DNA of 64,000 nt. Origin: Selaginella moellendorffii. Its lineage: Eukaryota > Plantae > Lycopodiophyta. Below the pieces are notes generated by a model that did no database searches, was not told the DNA's origin, and saw nothing but the letters and a program-made list of their open reading frames with translations. Of this stretch, positions 24,885 to 37,175 are shown piece after piece. How positions within the stretch are numbered: the stretch's first letter is position 1; each line of letters begins with the position of its first letter. The position numbers and the translations under genes are program-made. The stretch lies in assembly GCF_000143415.4 (NCBI RefSeq), contig NW_003314262.1:3668405-3732404 (forward strand). The letters run 5' to 3'.

Positions 24885-25549
24885 TTTATTCAGTAAAATG
24901 GGACTAGGTACAAATTTTCAAGTATTTGAAAATGACGTGAAATTATATGTTTTTTGTCCAGGGGCTAGACATATCTGGGGCATGGTGACTAGCGCGGTGA
25001 CTTTGTGTCCAGACTGAGTCCATCTGGTTGTATAATAAATCTCATTGTCAAGGTGAACAAGCCGAATCTGAAGCTAAAGAAGAGCGATGGCATGCGCGCA
25101 CACACTATTTGTTTGTTCATTGAGCGTGTGGTGAGCTTTCCAAGATGAACGTCATTCCTATTAGCCAGACAGATAACTTAATGGTGAGAACATTTAGATA
25201 TTATTCAATGTTATCTTTTTCTAACGAATCTAATTGTGAAGGTGTAGCAAGAGGCATTGCTAGTCTGGAGAAGTCATTTAACTCATTTGACCCTTAGTGT
25301 ATTTTCATGAAACTAAATAACATTCATATTATTAAGGAATTTCTCTAGTACCTTTTTTTTACGACATAGAGGCTTGCATTTCTTTCAAAGGTGATTTAGT
25401 AAAAAGCCTGAGGGCACATGCCATTCTATTTCTCAGACCGGTATTAAGATATACTAGTGCAAAGGGCCACATGCCATCACGCCTCCTCTGATTCAGATTC
25501 AGATTGTTCACCTTGAAATAAAATACATTAGAAACTTAATAAAGGAATA

Positions 25550-28500
25550 TTAATGAATCTCACCTTGAACCCGGGTTATGAATGCTCTTGCTGCATCTCT
25601 TGCATGGTCTGGCAAGGTGATGGTGGCACTCTGCTTCCACATCCAACCATGCACAACATTATCCACCGATATGCTCATGCTGGGATCCCTTGGATTCAGC
25701 ACCCATTTCTTTTCTAGGCAATCCTTCGTATATCCGGAACTTGGCTTGAACCACTCCACAGTTACATTGAAGGAGTTAGTTTCCGCGTCCTCCTCTGCAT
25801 CAGTGATGCAGCGCCCCACCCATATCATTTGTTTTTTATTACTGGGTCTGACAAGCACGACCATTCCTTTGCAAACCTGTACTGGATTGAATGCTGAATC
25901 CGGCTTCTTGTTCCTCGGCCCACAATAGTGATCCTCAACATCGTTATCTGTCACTACATTTCCAGAGGACATTGTTCCGCTACTATCTGGTGCTCTGGGT
26001 TCTGGCCAAAAAGACTCTTCCAATTCTTCATATACAACCGGCCCATTTTGGATAGCAGATATAATCTTCTCCCAGTATTCGAGCAAAGGCTTGCACCTCT
26101 TAAAATAGGATTCTCCACCAAACACCAACCCCCTCTTCCAGAAGGCAATATGCTGTCTAATCCCGGCCACTATACTTTCCTAGTCTTTGAGTCCATCCGG
26201 GTGCATCAGCCGTGGGGAACCCTGAGGAATCATAGGTTCCCCAGTTATGGGATCTCTCTTGAAGAGTTCAATGCCATCCACTGGCAGCCACACTGTGTCC
26301 CATTCTCTCATCTTGTACCTCATCACTGGAGCACCGTCACGCATGCTGAAATGAAACTGAAGAGGCTTGGAGTGGCCAATCAGCGTTTTGGATCCGTCCC
26401 TGATGTAGCCTCTTACAAACCCCTTAAAGTCTGGAACCTCTGTCACAAGTGCAGCTTCAACAGTGCCTTTGATGCAATTTTGGAATTCATCGTAGAGTTG
26501 TGGGAGGGTGAGGACATTGGATCGCCAGAGGGACTCTGCTAGGTGACTGAACATGGCATCGACGTCTTCATGAGTGTGCCCAACCATGAGAAAGCCAAGT
26601 GTAACCGTTTCAAATATGCCTTTGGCAACAAGCATCGCCAAGTACGCGAAGACGTACATGTTTTTGTTCTCACTGCCAGCATTGTCTATTTGGAGCAAAA
26701 GATGGGGTGGAAGGCCACATCGGCCGCAAGAACTTCCTTGAGATTCTGCTTCGTTTGGATGAGGCTGTGCATTCACCGGGCGACCAGCCTCGTCGGAATG
26801 GCATGAGGCCTCACGTCTACAATCTGACGGCCAACATATTCACTGGGATGGCATGGGGCCCCATGCGATACTGCAAGCCTTTGCTCCTCCTCCAGCTGAA
26901 CCCTGTATGGGGTTCGGTCGACAAGGGCCTTATGCAAGGGTTGGCCGTTCAGCTCAGTCTGCGCACTTTGCAGAGACCTCAAGTGTTTTGCTAGGGACGC
27001 AATCATCATGTTTGCACCCCCGCCACCCCATAGAGGTACAAAGAAGTTCCCATAGTTCTGGGCACCATGCCCATGAGCGATTATGCCAAACAGAGACACA
27101 GGTAGCTGCATGGATGAAAAGATTGCCTTGGGGGCAGGATTGAGTCAAGGTAAGCACGTCTTTTTCTGGTCCATTTTGTCGTGGATGATGCAGAGGTAAG
27201 AGTCAGGTCTCTCCATGGAGAGAATCCTGTTATGATAATATGCAGTCCTGCAGCTTCTCTGCTTGATGTTGTGGTCGAGCCGCCTTCTAACCAACGTCTC
27301 TCGCTCTTGAGCGCTGCAAGAATTCTTCGACAAAGCCATTTTGATAGCAGTGCACTCGTCACACTTTGAAAAGCTGGAGTACTTTCCTATACTCACATCC
27401 CTGAACCTGTTGCTCCACAATCTACTAAATCTAGATTGGCTCAGCTTCCTGTAGCCATTACTCTGGAGTTCCCGATTCACATCTTCCAATATGGCCCCCT
27501 TGGTATACATGGAAGGGAGAACTCGTTGGGTGTCTTGTGTTCCATCTTCCAAGAGGCGGGTTTTATGTGGTTGCTGCTCGCTACATGTCTCGACAAACCT
27601 CTTGAAGATTGCCTCTCCATATACAACATGACCCCTAGTTTTGTGCGTACCGTCGTTCCCATGGACTGCCTGTTGAACCCTTTGTTCCTCGAACTCAGTT
27701 TTGATTCTGTAGAATGTGCTTCGAGGGACTCCATAAATGATTCTCCATGCCTTCATGCAGACCAAACCCCTCTAGAAGACCATGCCCCCCACCTGATGTT
27801 CTGAAGCATCAACAGATGACCGTAATGCCTCATACACAAAATTGCGAGCTGCCTTCCAGGATAATATCTTGTATCTTGCTCTCTCCTCTTCAATAGCATC
27901 CCAATCAGCATGTTGACAGCACCTCCTCTTGCAACAAGCAACTGTCGAGACCATTCGAACCTCCATCGCCATTTTCTGCCTTTTCGGTTCGTTGCTCAGA
28001 TCCCTTTGGCTGCGCTGTAGGAAGGTGTACTTTCTTTTCCCATGAAGAGATGTTCTGTCATCAGTTGTAGTGGTGTTTGATTGTGAATCCTTCACATTCT
28101 CAAACACTAAATGCCTCAATTTCCACTGCACAATGCTTCCAATAGTCAGACTGTTTTCTTCTGTGTCAACAACCTCTAAAATCGCAACTCCAATATCATC
28201 CCAGCCCAATTCTTGATTAGCAACCGCATCTCTTGGATCGACAACTGTGGCTAAGCCCTCAGCTACCACCTCCCCCTCGGGGTTGTTTAGAAACACCTTT
28301 GCCTAAATCCATGTAGCACGGTTCTTAAGATCCACGGAGGGAACATGCGTCGCACTTGCACTGTCCCCAACATCTGCTTTCTTCTGCAGATTTTTCAAGG
28401 CAACAACAACATTTACCCCGACGACCATCTCTCCTCGTTCAATAGCGACCACATTCCTATCGAAGACAGTCTCTACTGATACAGCAGCATTGCCTTCCCC

Positions 28501-28611
28501 AAGCCTTTGACAGTGTATAACAAAGTTCCGATCCATAGACACAAGGGTCCCTTTTGCAACTCTCTTCCCACCATTCAAAATGTAAACCTTTTCCCCAACC
28601 CTGAAGGCCAT
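25550..28611 (-). pseudogene. Sola1-type DDD transposase (about 1000 aa) with premature stops
   Basis: ORFs 28303-28611, 27772-28296, 27145-27765 and 26773-27111 share one frame, and 26180-26776 plus 25550-26170 share another, each joined across single stops. Motifs: FSKCDEC, IIHDKMDQKKTCLP, LLQIDNAGSENKN, GFLMVGHTHEDVDAMFS. Two N-terminal Tnp1/En/Spm-like repeats (VAKGTLVS, VAEGLATV). Confidence 0.82.
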
Positions 28612-31152
28612 TCTGAAAGTGCAGAAAAGAAGTTAAGACCATACAAAAAATGATTGAAGAATGGCCTAAATCATAACATACCAAATAGCATGAGGCCACA
28701 TGCCATTATTCAAACATGCTATTGACACCCACGTGAAATTTCGCATTCACAAAATTGGCATGAGGCCTCATGCCATCTTGATATACACACAGCTGCAGGC
28801 AAGTAAAAACATACATGACAATACGCTAGCCATGAAATTGCAAGGGCCCAAGATGGTATGTGGCCTCATGCCATTTCTAAATGTGGTCCTAAACCATTCC
28901 ATGGTGAACATACCAGGAAGCACAAGTGTCGAATATCAAGAGGAAGCGGTAGCCACACCAAAGACAGTGCCGCTCGCAACACCGCAACTACTCGTAGCGC
29001 CGCTCGCAACACCGCAACTGCTCGTAGCGCCGCTCACACAAACTGCCACTCGCATAAACTGCCGCTCGCAATGGCGCTCGCAATGCCGCAACCGCTTGTA
29101 GACGCATAAACCACAGCTCACAACGCCGCTTACACAAGCAGCGCTCACTGCGCTCAGCGGAACCAAGAACACGGCGCACAAAAATGATAGACCTAGGAAT
29201 GAGTTCGAGAATTCAAAAATAACACACGCTTGAACGTCACATCAAATCCTCTGACAAACCAGATCTTATGATTCCTCTGACAAATTTCAAACTGAGTAGC
29301 TTCTAGACTTTGCTGTCGGAGGTTGAACTTTGTCACATCATGTCCTTGCCTCGATCCAGCTGTGCCATGTCAGTGATTCGAACTTTGCCATGCCCTGTCA
29401 GCGATCCACGCCAAGATTATTCGCCGTGTAAAGGAATAATTATGCTGTGTGTGTACGTCCATTTATGGCAATATAAGGCCACACGCCATTCAAAGAATAA
29501 TGCTAGTCGAGCATTTTTTGGTGCATTTTTGGGTTCAAAATTGCATGAGCCCACACGCTATAAAGTTTACTTGTACCAAAAATAGAAACAGCTTTATTTA
29601 CTTGGGAATTTAAGTGGTTGAGGCATTTTTAAACTTACAAACACATGCCCTACTTACATTCATTTGGTTGCTTAAAATTCAAAAATATTATAAACCTTTC
29701 TTTTTGCATTTTCAATGTTTTCAATTATGGTTTTTGATTTTCGCAGGACCAGCCTAGTAATCTATTTGCATCCCGTCATGTTTATAGCTAGCTTTTGTTT
29801 GTCCCCTTTGCTAGCCTAAGATACATCTGCTCGGCATCTGCCTCTTACAGCATTTGCCCAGAAAGGGCATCTTTCTTCACGCAGCATTTGCCACATGTTT
29901 AGGGTTAGGGTTTAGGGTTTAGCAATTCAGTAGCTTGATAAACATGCAAATACAGAACTTGATGCAAAATCCTTTGATATGTCACAATGCCCCTAGGACC
30001 ATAAACACATTTCAATAGAGAGGGTCCTTTCATTTCATAACTCCTTACGTAGATCTTGGTGAAACCAGAGTTAGTGAAGTTGGTTTCTTGTGATCCCGCA
30101 TCTGATTGTGATGTCCCTTTGCAGTGTCGATGGAAAGGTCAATGCATACCAAACTGTAGAATCTTGGAGCAAAATAACAGTCGGATCTATGGCAAATGCC
30201 CCTGAAACATTGTAAAGCTCGTGTGGTCTCATGTGGTGTTCGATCGAGATGCTTCTTTGCAGGGTCATCAAGAAGGACATTGTATACCATTCTGTAAAAT
30301 CTAGTTGCGATCTAACGGTTGGATCTCCAGGAAACTCAAAACAATCTCGCACGTGTCAGAATATTCTAGGAATATACTCCTATGTGCTCCTGAAAATGGC
30401 ATGCGGCCCCACGCCATTCAAGAGATAACGCCAGATGACGCCGAGCATTTTTTGGTGCAGTTTTTGGGATCAAAATTGCATGAGCCCACACGCTTGAACG
30501 TCACATCAAATCCTCTGACAATTTATTTAGCTGAACATCTGGCATTTTTGGAAATACAAGATGCTTTGGAATATCCAATCATGCATGGTATAAATATAGC
30601 GAGGGTATTAAATGATATCCCAATCATGATCTTTCTTTTGGATTTCGCGTGCATGCAGTCCGAGGAATGATGACGTTGCGGATTTCTTTTGGATTTCACG
30701 CATGCGCGCGCCGATCCAGAAATTAATGGTGGCGCCCAAGTCCGAGGAATGATGACATGGCGGGATTACCAACCGTCGTGACATTTCGCGCGTGTGAGGT
30801 TAGGTTTTGCATTTTGCTTCGTACTCGCGCTCGCACACTCGCGCTCGCATCGCGCTCCCACTTCTCTACAAGTTTCTCGTGTGCATCGGCGTCCACTCGC
30901 GCTTGCATCACACTCACGCTCGCATCGCGCTCGTGTGCATCGGCGTCCACTTCAAGACACACCCAGTTTGTAACTTCGCCGCCAACTCCGCCGCCCACTC
31001 CGCCACCCACACGCAGCCCACTTGGCATCCCGGGAGATTTCAGCGCCACTCTCCAACTGTAAGTGGCAGAGTAGCCTTGCTGCTACGATCCGCTGCACAC
31101 ACAGTGCACATTCGCCAGCGAGTCCGGTTGTCACGCCTCCATTCGGCTTCAA

Positions 31153-34100
31153 ATGGTAAGTCTTTTAGGCCAAGTAGAAAATGGTATGAGGCCACATGCC
31201 ATTCAGTAGCAACATTGGCATGCACCGATTGGGCTCTCGAGTGCAGTCCGGTTACAGATGGCGTGTAGCCTCACGCCATCTTAGGATGCAGCCTCAAGAC
31301 ATCTGATGCAGTGGTGAATGGCGTGTGGCCTCACGTTATTTCCAGCTACTAGCTTTTCATCTGTCAGCTCTAATTGTTGTGCATTTCTGAACAGGCGAGG
31401 AATTGCGTTCTTCTTCCAGCCACTGTCAATGTGGATGCAGAGAAGGGGGAGGAGCTCACTAGTTGGACTTTCGGGATGGAAGGCGAGGATCTGAGGCTGT
31501 ACAACACAGATGGTGGGAGAAAAGAATGCATGGGGATCCTCATCTAAGTGACAGACACTCCATGTAGTTCCATGCAAGAATATGGACTGGCACTTGTGGT
31601 AGAGACAGCGTCTGCCTTCAAGATCCACCTTGCACATCCTAGCGGCTTCCCGGAGGGGGGCAGCGGCTATGAGGAATTCCTAGAGGGAGCTAGGGAGAGG
31701 TTGTCCAGGAGGCCCACAATTTCAAAGACGCTGCGGGTCTATGAAGATCATATGGAATCCACGGACCTCACCTACGGCGATGTTCAAAAACTATATTCCA
31801 ACATTGAGCCGTTGAGAGTGCCTCCAGTTCGCGAAGCGAAGGGGAAGGGGGTCGATCTGGAAACTACCCCGAAGCAAAAAAGGGTGGTCAAGCTCAAGCC
31901 GACGTCCGACTCTCCTCCAAAAAAGAAGCTACTCGGTGATGCCATTGCCTCGGGTTCGAACACTACACCCACCAAAAAGAAGAGCCGCAAAGAGCAGAAA
32001 GAGCAAAAAGAGGCAGCAAAAATCGTCGCAGATAATAGTACTTGTTACTATTCCAACAAAGTATATACAATCGACGTGAGCCGTATCGACATCCAAAGCA
32101 AATACAACCACAGGCTAGTATCTGATGAGTGGGTGGAGAAACTGAAGCAGAAGATGCTGGCAAGTCCAGTAACACCCGACATCGCAGACGTGATCCCCTA
32201 CTACCGAACAATGAAGGGCGAGACGAGGTTTCCAGACTTGATCAATAGGAAGGTGTTGGACGATCAGAACATCCGGTTCTATGCCGTCTCCGGGCAGCAT
32301 TCTAGCTTGGCGATGCAAGAGATAGTTGTGGATATTATGGTGGGCGAGGAGGTGAAGAAAGTCTTCAAGACAAGAGTTGTCCGCCTGATAAAAGGCAACT
32401 CGCCCCTCCGATCTATCATATACATCTCCCACGCGCAGAATGTCAAGCAAGAAACGTGCTACAAATCGGGTCTGCACGAGACATTGGCACGAACACGGAA
32501 GCTCTGGGTTCAACTGAAGAAGCCACAAAAACCAGGACAAGGACGTGCACTAGCAACTAGCGCCTGGCAGGTAAGCCTCGTTGCATGTGGCATAGCATGT
32601 GGCCTCATGCCATTTCCATTGCAGGAATTCTCGAGTCTTCTCTCGAAAACACTGGGGGTCAATGACACACTCAGCATCCATAACATTCTACTCGCGACAA
32701 AAGTTGTTTTTGACAAATGGGTAGATGTGCTGAGGAGGTACCATGACGGGGAGTTGCCAAACTCAATGGGTGTGGAGGACGGCCGGAAGCCCAATGATTT
32801 GAAGCTCAATGCCTTGCGTTTCTCGCGGTCTCTAGACGACGACGACCTTCTGACAGTGGCTAATGCTCTTCTACGTGGTGAGGTAGTCTTCAACAAGACC
32901 AAAATGACTCCCGGCCATATTGTGACATACGAGGACTTGTGCACGACTCTGAGAGCTCGTGCGCTATTGAAGGATTGGATCTTCGAGCAAGTGGCCGTGG
33001 AGAGGGTGAGCATCGACACCACGCAAAAGATGATGGAAGCGCTAGAGTTGTCAAATGAAGACATCGATGAGTACGTGAAGGGGGCCCCCAAGTTCATCGA
33101 TCTGCTGCGGGATGCCACGAAAAGTAAAGCTGAGAAGTTGGATCAGTATCCAAATTTCATTAAGATTGATGTCGACCGCCGGCTTCAGAAATAGCTCAAC
33201 CCCGCAGCAGAGGCCTATCGAGAACCTTACCGGGTATACTTGAATTCGGATGAGGATCAAAGGTGGAGGAGCATCGTTTCCCGCAGAGATGAGCAGGTCA
33301 AGAACATCTTTTGTGTGATGGACTTCACAAACGAGGAGATCACTCATGCAGACGAAGTCAGCTCCATCATTGACTTAATGGTGGGACTTGCGGAGGTGGA
33401 ATCTTCAGTCCACTATATGATCTACGACTCCGAATCCTATCACAAATTCTGGAAGGCCTTGAACAAGGTGAAGGCTCGGTTGAAAGGCAAGGAGATGCGG
33501 GAGATCCATGGGATAATGGCTAAGAAGAAGATACCGACGAATGTCCGCATTTTCACACTCGCCCTTGTTATTGGTCCTGCAGCAGAGTGGGACTGGAGTG
33601 ACTTCCCAGCTTCGTTTGACAAGGCCAATCGAATTGATCTGAGGGAGGTCAATTTACCCGTGCCTGAGGAACTGAAGACGGCTATGGAGCTTTCGAATCC
33701 AAAGAAAGCTCCAGGTGTAGCATGGGAAATGCTCAGCTGGGTCTTCAACGCAATAGCGGGTGGGTCACCTGCTTCCGACTCCAAGGGCAAATGCGTTGTC
33801 GAGTACAACTGCGGCGGACTATTCTTTCGAGCCGCACTACTCAAGGGTGTCCCGTGTGTTGCGGTGACAAACTCCATTGAAGAGGTGACTTCAATGGAGC
33901 ATATAATTACAGTTGCCAAAGAAAAATAGTATCTTCTCTGCGAACCTGGTGAGTACACACTTTAAGTTTAAATGTTATCTCACAAGCTCTGTATGCAGGA
34001 GCGTGGCCACCCCCAGATGCTGAAACGGCGTTAACAGCTACTGTTGAAGATACCCATGTTGGGCCGAGCTCACAACCTACACAAGGTAAGGTCACGTGAG

Positions 34101-36757
34101 GCCTCACGCCATTTTGATTATAGATCGTTGTGAATATTCAGACACGAGGACTGAAAAGCGCACTGGTGGCGCATCGAAGAAGGACAAACAGACAAGCAAT
34201 AGGAAAAAAGGAGGTACAAATTATATTTGCAATGGCGTGTGGTCTCATGCCATTCCTTGCAGGAGACACTTCTTCAAAGGCAAAATAGGCAAGCACCAGC
34301 CAATCTCAAACTGACAGTGGTCATAAAAAGCGAAAGCACGTTGGACAGTCGTCGAGATCAGAGGCGTTTGATTCGAAAAGGAAGAAGGGCAACGAAAAGA
34401 TGATAGGTAATGCCTCGCGGTTATGGCGTGTGTGCTCATGCCATTCATTGCAGATCAAGGGCTGAGTGAAAGCAGGCAGTCACCACCTCCTGACTCAGAT
34501 TCCTATGGCGGACTCCCCTTCCCCAATCTCAATGGAGAGGTACATTGGATGAGGGAAGCTTTTCAAGTCAGGGCCACGTTTTTCTCATCTCGTCGTCTTC
34601 GAAGGGTGCAAGAACGTGCAGAAACCATGTTAAGACAGTCGGGTGAGGATACGGTCCTAGGTCACGCACTAAAACAGGCTATGGATGTCTTGTATTTTGA
34701 GATGGAGACTCGGCCAGATGATTTTCCCAAGATGGTCCTGGAAGAACAAGCCATCCAGCCTGAGCAGCCTATGGAAGAAATGCAGGAGGGGGATGAGGAG
34801 CCAGAGAAAGATAATGAGCAGGAAGAGCAGAAGGACGAAGAGGAGGACAAAGAAGAGGAGGACGAAGAGGACTTGGATGGTCCTCACAATGGTGACGATC
34901 ACAATAACGACGACGACGATGATGACGACGATGGCCAGCCTGAGGTGGCCAAAGAGCAGCGGAGGAAGGTCATACAAGACAAACCATCAGATAAATAATA
35001 GTACATCCATTCCTAACCTTTTACCATTTCTAACATTGTCCATGTAGGTCGCAGAGCAAATGGTAAGTAGAGATTATTCAGTTGAATTTACAAACTCTAG
35101 CCTTTAGTGTCGAGGAAGGATAGTGCCAAGCAAGGGTCGAAACGTATGTCCAATCCTTTAGAATCAGCAGTGCGCCCAAGTGATATCGGTCCTAGTTCCT
35201 CAATAGCAGTTGATGGTAAATACAGTATAGTCGATTCAATGTGCTAATGAGTTTGTTTTTAGTAGCACGGGAGGATACCATCTCAATCGAAGGGAGATAT
35301 TTGGACATGCATATGGATCCGCCAGTGGACTCTACTTGCCTGCAAGAGTCATCAGAGCTGGTGGAGGCTATTATCCATATCAACGCCAAGCAAGCTGACC
35401 ACGCTCCACTTGATGCTGCCCATACCACTGAGTCAATCTTGTCCACGTATCCAACTGACGGTGACCAGGCGCCATTGGACCCGCATGAGGCCACCCCAGC
35501 CACCGAGCCGGTCGTATCCTCATTTCCAACGGACTCAACGTGTGCCCAATCGTCTGACTATGCGCCGTTGGAACCTCCCTACACCGCCCCTGCTGCCTGT
35601 TCGGTCATGTCCACTTTACCAACGGAGGCACCAGCTGAAATGGCGTGTGATCACACACCATCGGAACCACCCCATGCCACTATTGAGCCAGTTGTACCAG
35701 AGTCTACAGCTGAAATGGCATGTGCCCACACGCCATCGGATGCGATTGACCCCACATTGCAGAGGAGAGTATTTCCGCCCTTCATGTTTCCTCGACCAAA
35801 ACCCTCTCAACGACCATCGGGAGCACCATTCGCTAATATTGTAGATGGTAAAATTGACTTGTACCATTTTTTATGCTGACGCATTTCATTTCAGAGTCAC
35901 GGCGAAGGTACTGTATCATTTTTTATCTAAACGATGTCCTTTTCTCCCATGAGCGTGGCTCGTCCTCGAATGTCATTGCACCCTCCAAAGCCTGCGGTCG
36001 CAAGTTGGTCAAAAGAGACAGATTCACATTAATCACACGGGAGAAACTGCGGGATCTAATAATGACCATGCGACACTTAAAACAGAGGGCCGGGTTCAAT
36101 TTGCAATTGGGAGTTTGGACATCCATGATGCGCCACAATGCATTAACGTTGCTACAGATGATGCACGATCAAACGCAAGTAATATTACCATTTGACTTTC
36201 TCCTAACGCAGATGGATTGCTTGACTATGGTCCATGTGAGGGGTAGCAAGCCCATCTTCGTCAAGCCAGAGGCTGTAGTGATGAACCGGACTGCTAGCTC
36301 AAGTGAAATCCTCATCATCGATGACTTGCCGATTAAAACTGCAGCGAACACGCACACATATGCAGTGCACCCCATCTCTTGCAGTATGGAAACTAGGGAG
36401 AAGAAACCGTATGTTCTGGGGGACCTTGCAAAACGGCTTGGAGCGATGGTGATAGAGAACCGGCCAGTCCAGGAGGTGGCTGCAGAAATCAACCAAATGG
36501 CAGATGGAACGGTATATCAGAAGCCATTTGATCGGACAGACACCAGTCATCATTTATGGCATGTATATTGTCTAGCCAAGCACTATCCGCATCTCCATAA
36601 TCTGCTCAACCGGATGGGTTCTTCGACCACTAAACATGAGCGTGGACGTAGTAGAGAAGAGATGGCATTACTATTGGGTTTAAATCCTGATAGTGTGGAG
36701 AGTGATGAAATTCCAAGATTATTGTATAGGCGTTGGAGGCAAAAAATAATAGTCTGA
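31153..36757 (+). pseudogene. Multi-exon transposon cargo gene: ParB-like domain, degenerate N6/N4 DNA-methyltransferase-like region, acidic tract, FCP1/NIF HAD-phosphatase-like domain; a few premature stops
   Basis: ATG|GTAAG at 31153. Short GT-AG introns (e.g. 32571-32624, 33950-33998, 34086-34123, 34214-34262, 34407-34453, 35849-35894). Motifs IDVSRI...NHRLVSDEWVEKLK...FYAVSGQHS; KKAPGVAWEML...KCVVEYNCGG...AALLKGVPCVAV; IIFYLNDVL...LGVWTSMM...ILIIDDLPIKTAAN. Whether it is one gene or two is uncertain. Confidence 0.65.
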
Positions 36758-37175
36758 GATGGCATGTATTTATTTAAAAATGTAACTTATTATGGCATGG
36801 GGTTCCATGCCATTGTATTAATATTAAAAGACAATTCTTTGAGAGGATTTGCATTATACTAGAAGTGTTATAGCATGTTATTGGAAGTCTACGAAGTTGT
36901 TTTATTAATAAGGGGAAAGTAAAGATTGAATGGGGACTTGGGCTCCACCTAGACTTGGAGTAACTGAGCCAATATTAAAAGGATGGAAAGAAATTGGACG
37001 ACGATGACAAGGAGAAGAGAGAGGTGAAGCAGTGGCAGGGGGAGGAGAACTGATTGAGTAGACATTTCCTTGTTTAAAATAAAATGGCATGTGCCTCAAT
37101 GCAGTTGAATTTTGTTATATTTATATACTATATAAAGGTTTGGAAACCTTATTTTACAAGTGGGATAATGACAAT

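Larger units (their letters stand above)
25087..37103. repeat. Dispersed 22-bp palindrome ATGGCRTG-NGGCCN-CAYGCCAT (more than 20 copies) within the Sola-like element
   Basis: Copies at about 25087, 25403, 26798, 26848, 28685, 28755, 28853, 29540, 30396, 30475, 31181, 31258, 31318, 32592, 34091, 34232, 34423, 35640, 35715, 36792 and 37084, plus half-sites at 25465 and 29477. Confidence 0.9.

Noticed and set aside
29898-29922. Interstitial telomere / chromosome-fusion scar
   Set aside because: Only about three units; better read as a telo-box in a promoter region.
26180-33929. Stop-codon readthrough or RNA editing explaining the in-frame TAG/TGA stops in transposase and cargo
   Set aside because: They fit C-to-T/G-to-A decay of CAG/TGG/CGA codons, which is seen throughout the window.
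25087-37103. CRISPR-like array reading of the palindromes
   Set aside because: Spacing is irregular (50 bp to more than 1.5 kb), the context is eukaryotic and intron-bearing, and there are no cas genes.
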